DNA of 64,000 bases, from IMG/VR virus record IMGVR_UViG_3300032236_000718, positions 32,001 through 96,000 of that record; one strand, given 5' to 3'. Positions 60,571 to 64,000 of the stretch are shown one piece after another; position 1 is the stretch's first letter, and every line of letters begins with the position of its first letter. Both the position numbers and the translations under genes were made by a program. Under the pieces are notes generated by a model that saw only the letters and a list, made by a program, of their open reading frames with translations, did no database searches and had not been told where the DNA came from. Source of the stretch: a virus.

Positions 60571-63569
60571 TGAGTATACCTGTTTCACAGATTACCACTA
60601 GTCAGACGTTCGGCGCGTGGCTACAGGTAACTAACTATATAACTCAAATCATATCGACAAATACGGTAACTGCCGACTCTAGTCTTGGTGGTTCTCCGAC
60701 TACTGGAAACTCATTTGTCAATGGTCATTTTGGATCAAATAATATACATGTTAGTACTGTATCAGGTGGAAACTTAACCACAACTGGTGTTTTAACAATA
60801 ACTACAAATGCTACTATTAACTCTGTAGCATCTATAGGAAATACTCTAGTAAACACCACAATTGGTTGGACTGGCGATGGTAATAATGCAATTATATCAT
60901 CATTTACTAATAACAACTCACAGTCTAAAATATCTCATACTAACTCAAGTAATGGTGTTAATGCATCGACAGACTTAGTTCTATATGATACAAATGGAGT
61001 ATTGTCTAATAATTTTATCGATATTGGTATACGTGGATCATACTATACCAATACAGCATGGACAATAAGTGGCGCATCTGATGCTTATGTTTATGTCGGA
61101 AACACAAATCTTTCTATCGGTACGGGTGGAGCAAAGTATATAAACTTCTTTGCAAACGGAATACATGCAAATAATGAGGCTATGCGTATTACAGCCGGTG
61201 CTAATGTCGGCATAGGTAATACTAATCCAGACGCAACTCTTGCTGTTACTGGAACTGCTAATGTATCTGGAAATACTACGATCGTAGGTTCTATAACCGG
61301 TGGAAATACAATATCAATTCTTGGTGCAGCAACACTATCTAATACTTTATCTGTAACAAATTCCGTTACTATGTCAAACACTCTGTTTGTAAATGGAGCT
61401 GTATCATTTGGAAATACCCTCACTGTAACTAATACATCGTCATTCTCTAATAATGTATTGGTCACAGGTAATACAGTATTATCAAATACCCTTCAAGTAA
61501 TAGGTAATACTACTTTATCTAATACTTTATATGTTGTTGGGGATACTTCACTTAACAATACACTTGAAGTCGCCGGTGCAGTTACATTATCAAATACACT
61601 CTCAGTAACTAACAGTGCAGTATTTTCTAATACTATAACAGTAACAGGTAATACAACACTATCAAATACATTACTTGTTGTTGGTGCAACTACTCTATCA
61701 AATACTCTTGGTGTTACAAACTCAGCAACATTCTCAAATACAGTTTATGTTACTGGAGCTACATATCTACTAAGTCAATTAACAGTAACAGGTAATACTA
61801 CTTTATCTAATACTCTAAATGTTGTTGGCGCAACTACTCTATCAAATACATTAAATGTAACTAATACTGCAACATTATCAAATACACTAGTAGTTGTAGG
61901 TAATGTTACATTATCAAATACAATATTAGTTACTGGAAATGCTACATTCTCTAATGATGTTCTAGTCATTGGAAATACGACACTTAGTGGTGCTTTAAGT
62001 GTTACTGGTCCGGTTGCTCTTGCAAATACTCTTTCTGTGACTGGAGCAACAACACTATCAAATACACTAAATGTAACTAATGCTACGACACTGTCTAATA
62101 CTCTTATTGTTTCTGGTGCTACAACACTATCTAATACATTAAGTGTAACTAATGCTACAAGTCTCTCAAATACTCTTAGTGTTACTGGTGCTACTACTTT
62201 AGCAAATACTTTGACTGTTAGCAATGCAGCAGTGTTCTCAAACACTATGTTAGTTACTAATACTGCAAATTTCTCAAATACGGTTAATATTACCGGTAAT
62301 ACAACCCTATCAAATAATATGTCGGTTGTCGGTTGGGTTGGAGTAGGTAATAATAGCCCTGCGGCAGTAGATAAGTTAAGAGTTGAAGGCCAGATTGGAG
62401 CTTATGGAAACGTTTGGAGTAATTCCGGTTATGTATTTGCTAACAACTTAGCTATAGTAGGTGACGGAACTAATGGATATATTACTCCAAATAATACAAA
62501 TGGTACATTAAGTTTAGGTGCCAATAATACTTCGTGGTTAGTAATAAGCGCTGTAAATTCAACTAATGCTCTTATTAATGGAGTAAACGCAAATATAAAT
62601 GCCGCATCATTTACGGTAGCTACAAACCTAATAGCTAATACTATAGGTGTGTATCATACAGGAACTGTGAATGCTGCTACCATATCGATTGGAACAGTAC
62701 TTTTTGCAAACGCAACAAGTATGACATATACAAATGCTGTTAACTTCTCTAATACATTAACCGTTGTTGGTAATACTGTATTATCAAATAATATCACTGT
62801 TGCTGGATTTGCTAGTATAGCTAATACGCTTAGTGTTACTAATGCAGTTACATTCTCAAATACTTTAACTGTTGCTGGTAAATCACAATTTAATGGAAAC
62901 GCAAATGTTGCCGGTAGCTTTGGTGTTGCTAGCTATGCTAACGTAGCAGGTAATCTAACAGTTGATGGAAACCTAGTAGTTGCCGGTACTATGGCATATA
63001 ATGGTCTAGTACAAGGAAGTCTAAACCCAACAAGTAATGCTTATACACTTGGAAATACAACAAATAGATGGGCACTGTCTGCACTATCTGGTGACTTCTC
63101 AAATACGCTTTCAGTCACTAATAGCGTAACATTCTCAAATACATTAACTGTTGTCGGAACATCAACATTTAATAAAAATGTATTAGCTAATAACTTTATA
63201 TCAAATAATTATGTTATAACAAATGGAATTGGATATACCGTATCTAATACAGTTTCTGGATTTAGTGCTATTGGTGATAACTTAATTGAGTCTATACCTG
63301 TTGCATCTTACAGATCTGCAGACTATGTTATACAGGTAACTGAGCCTTCTACAACAAATAACTATCAGATCTCAAAATTATTGTTAGTCCATAATAATAC
63401 ACAGGCATTTACAACCGAGTATGGTATATTCTATACAAATACTGCAGCTGGTCCAATTGCTACATTTAGTGCAAATGTTGACAGTGGAAATGTAAGACTA
63501 TATGCTAATGTTATATCACAGACATCTGCGGTTATTAAGTTTACAAAGACAGCTATAGTACACGAATAA
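60570..63569 (+). CDS. Tail fibre protein with ~12-aa beta repeats
   Basis: TFGAW N-terminus, MRITAGANVGIG, repeated VTGATTLSNTL, C-terminal YRSADYVIQ...HNNT.A..TEYG. Confidence 0.8.
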   Translation: MSIPVSQITTSQTFGAWLQVTNYITQIISTNTVTADSSLGGSPTTGNSFVNGHFGSNNIHVSTVSGGNLTTTGVLTITTNATINSVASIGNTLVNTTIGWTGDGNNAIISSFTNNNSQSKISHTNSSNGVNASTDLVLYDTNGVLSNNFIDIGIRGSYYTNTAWTISGASDAYVYVGNTNLSIGTGGAKYINFFANGIHANNEAMRITAGANVGIGNTNPDATLAVTGTANVSGNTTIVGSITGGNTISILGAATLSNTLSVTNSVTMSNTLFVNGAVSFGNTLTVTNTSSFSNNVLVTGNTVLSNTLQVIGNTTLSNTLYVVGDTSLNNTLEVAGAVTLSNTLSVTNSAVFSNTITVTGNTTLSNTLLVVGATTLSNTLGVTNSATFSNTVYVTGATYLLSQLTVTGNTTLSNTLNVVGATTLSNTLNVTNTATLSNTLVVVGNVTLSNTILVTGNATFSNDVLVIGNTTLSGALSVTGPVALANTLSVTGATTLSNTLNVTNATTLSNTLIVSGATTLSNTLSVTNATSLSNTLSVTGATTLANTLTVSNAAVFSNTMLVTNTANFSNTVNITGNTTLSNNMSVVGWVGVGNNSPAAVDKLRVEGQIGAYGNVWSNSGYVFANNLAIVGDGTNGYITPNNTNGTLSLGANNTSWLVISAVNSTNALINGVNANINAASFTVATNLIANTIGVYHTGTVNAATISIGTVLFANATSMTYTNAVNFSNTLTVVGNTVLSNNITVAGFASIANTLSVTNAVTFSNTLTVAGKSQFNGNANVAGSFGVASYANVAGNLTVDGNLVVAGTMAYNGLVQGSLNPTSNAYTLGNTTNRWALSALSGDFSNTLSVTNSVTFSNTLTVVGTSTFNKNVLANNFISNNYVITNGIGYTVSNTVSGFSAIGDNLIESIPVASYRSADYVIQVTEPSTTNNYQISKLLLVHNNTQAFTTEYGIFYTNTAAGPIATFSANVDSGNVRLYANVISQTSAVIKFTKTAIVHE
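61255..62320 (+). repeat. Degenerate 36-bp coding tandem repeat (VxGxTTLSNTLx)
   Basis: Many consecutive TLSNTL units in the fibre; boundaries approximate. Confidence 0.8.
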
Positions 63570-63581
63570 GGATAGACAGCC

Positions 63582-63929
63582 ATGGCATTAAAAGCCAATA
63601 TAACCATTGACCAAGGAACTACTTTCAGTACGTCAATAGCTATGTCTGACGCGGCAAATAACCCGTTAGATCTATCAGCATACACTGGATATGCTCAAAT
63701 CAGAAAATGGTATAGCTCTGTCGCCCACACTAATTTTCATGTTACACTAGCACTTGGAGCAGTGACTTTGGCATTGACACCTGAACAGACCAACCTATTA
63801 GCTCCTGGTAGATACGTATATGACTTAGCACTAGTTGATCATGCTAATGCTGTCACTCGCGTTATTGAAGGTGTCATAACAGTCACACCAAAGGTAACAT
63901 CACTATCCGATTATGCAAATACACCATAA
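63582..63929 (+). CDS. Small virion structural/adaptor protein
   Basis: NITIDQGTTF, DLSAYTG.AQIRK, GRYVYDL, RVIEG.ITV.P.VT. Confidence 0.75.
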   Translation: MALKANITIDQGTTFSTSIAMSDAANNPLDLSAYTGYAQIRKWYSSVAHTNFHVTLALGAVTLALTPEQTNLLAPGRYVYDLALVDHANAVTRVIEGVITVTPKVTSLSDYANTP

Positions 63930-64000
63930 AGATTAAGATATGGCAGTACAGGTAAGACTAGCTACAAGTGCACCGGCAATTAGGGCCAACACTGCTGCTT

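Noticed and set aside
60570-63569. Diversity-generating retroelement acting on the fibre
   Set aside because: No reverse transcriptase and no template/variable repeat pair differing at adenines was seen
1-64000. Stop-codon reassignment
   Set aside because: Conserved genes are full length in the standard code and end in TAA, TAG or TGA; no suppressor tRNA seen

Overview
The window is a 64-kb segment of a large T4-like myophage genome. The host is most likely an alphaproteobacterium, inferred from a circularly permuted two-piece tmRNA with an ANDN...LAA tag. Region 1-12.9 kb holds nucleotide-metabolism, DNA-processing and auxiliary genes: nrdB 3' end, secreted nuclease, metallophosphoesterase, nucleotidyltransferase, glutaredoxin, an AdoMetDC next to a dead-AdoMetDC/methyltransferase fusion, GT4, heptose kinase and isomerase, RNase H, PhoH and an exonuclease. 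Region 12.9-26 kb is a GC-richer early region built from repeated hairpin-promoter-RBS-small ORF cassettes. Region 26.2-30.9 kb is a translation-support island (tmRNA, three tRNAs including a non-canonical allo-tRNA-like UAU species, carbamoyltransferase) followed by gp33 and gp32. Region 30.9-64 kb is the AT-rich virion module (two peptidoglycan-hydrolase tail proteins, 3-TM holin, gp51/gp26, gp54, gp2, gp4, gp48, gp53, gp27, split gp5, PAAR, gp25, gp6, gp7, gp8, split VrlC-like protein, tail fibre). The strongest leads are: (i) a catalytically dead AdoMetDC paralogue fused to a TylF-like methyltransferase beside an intact AdoMetDC (prozyme-like pair); (ii) an allo-tRNA-like tRNA(UAU) next to a normal Ile2 tRNA and a tmRNA; (iii) a predicted -1 frameshift fusing gp26 to gp51; (iv) the promoter-cassette array with two kinds of palindromic elements and a nearly G-free gene; (v) a Cys-led, membrane-ended domain capping a split virion protein. 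All protein assignments come from motif recognition by eye, not from database searches.
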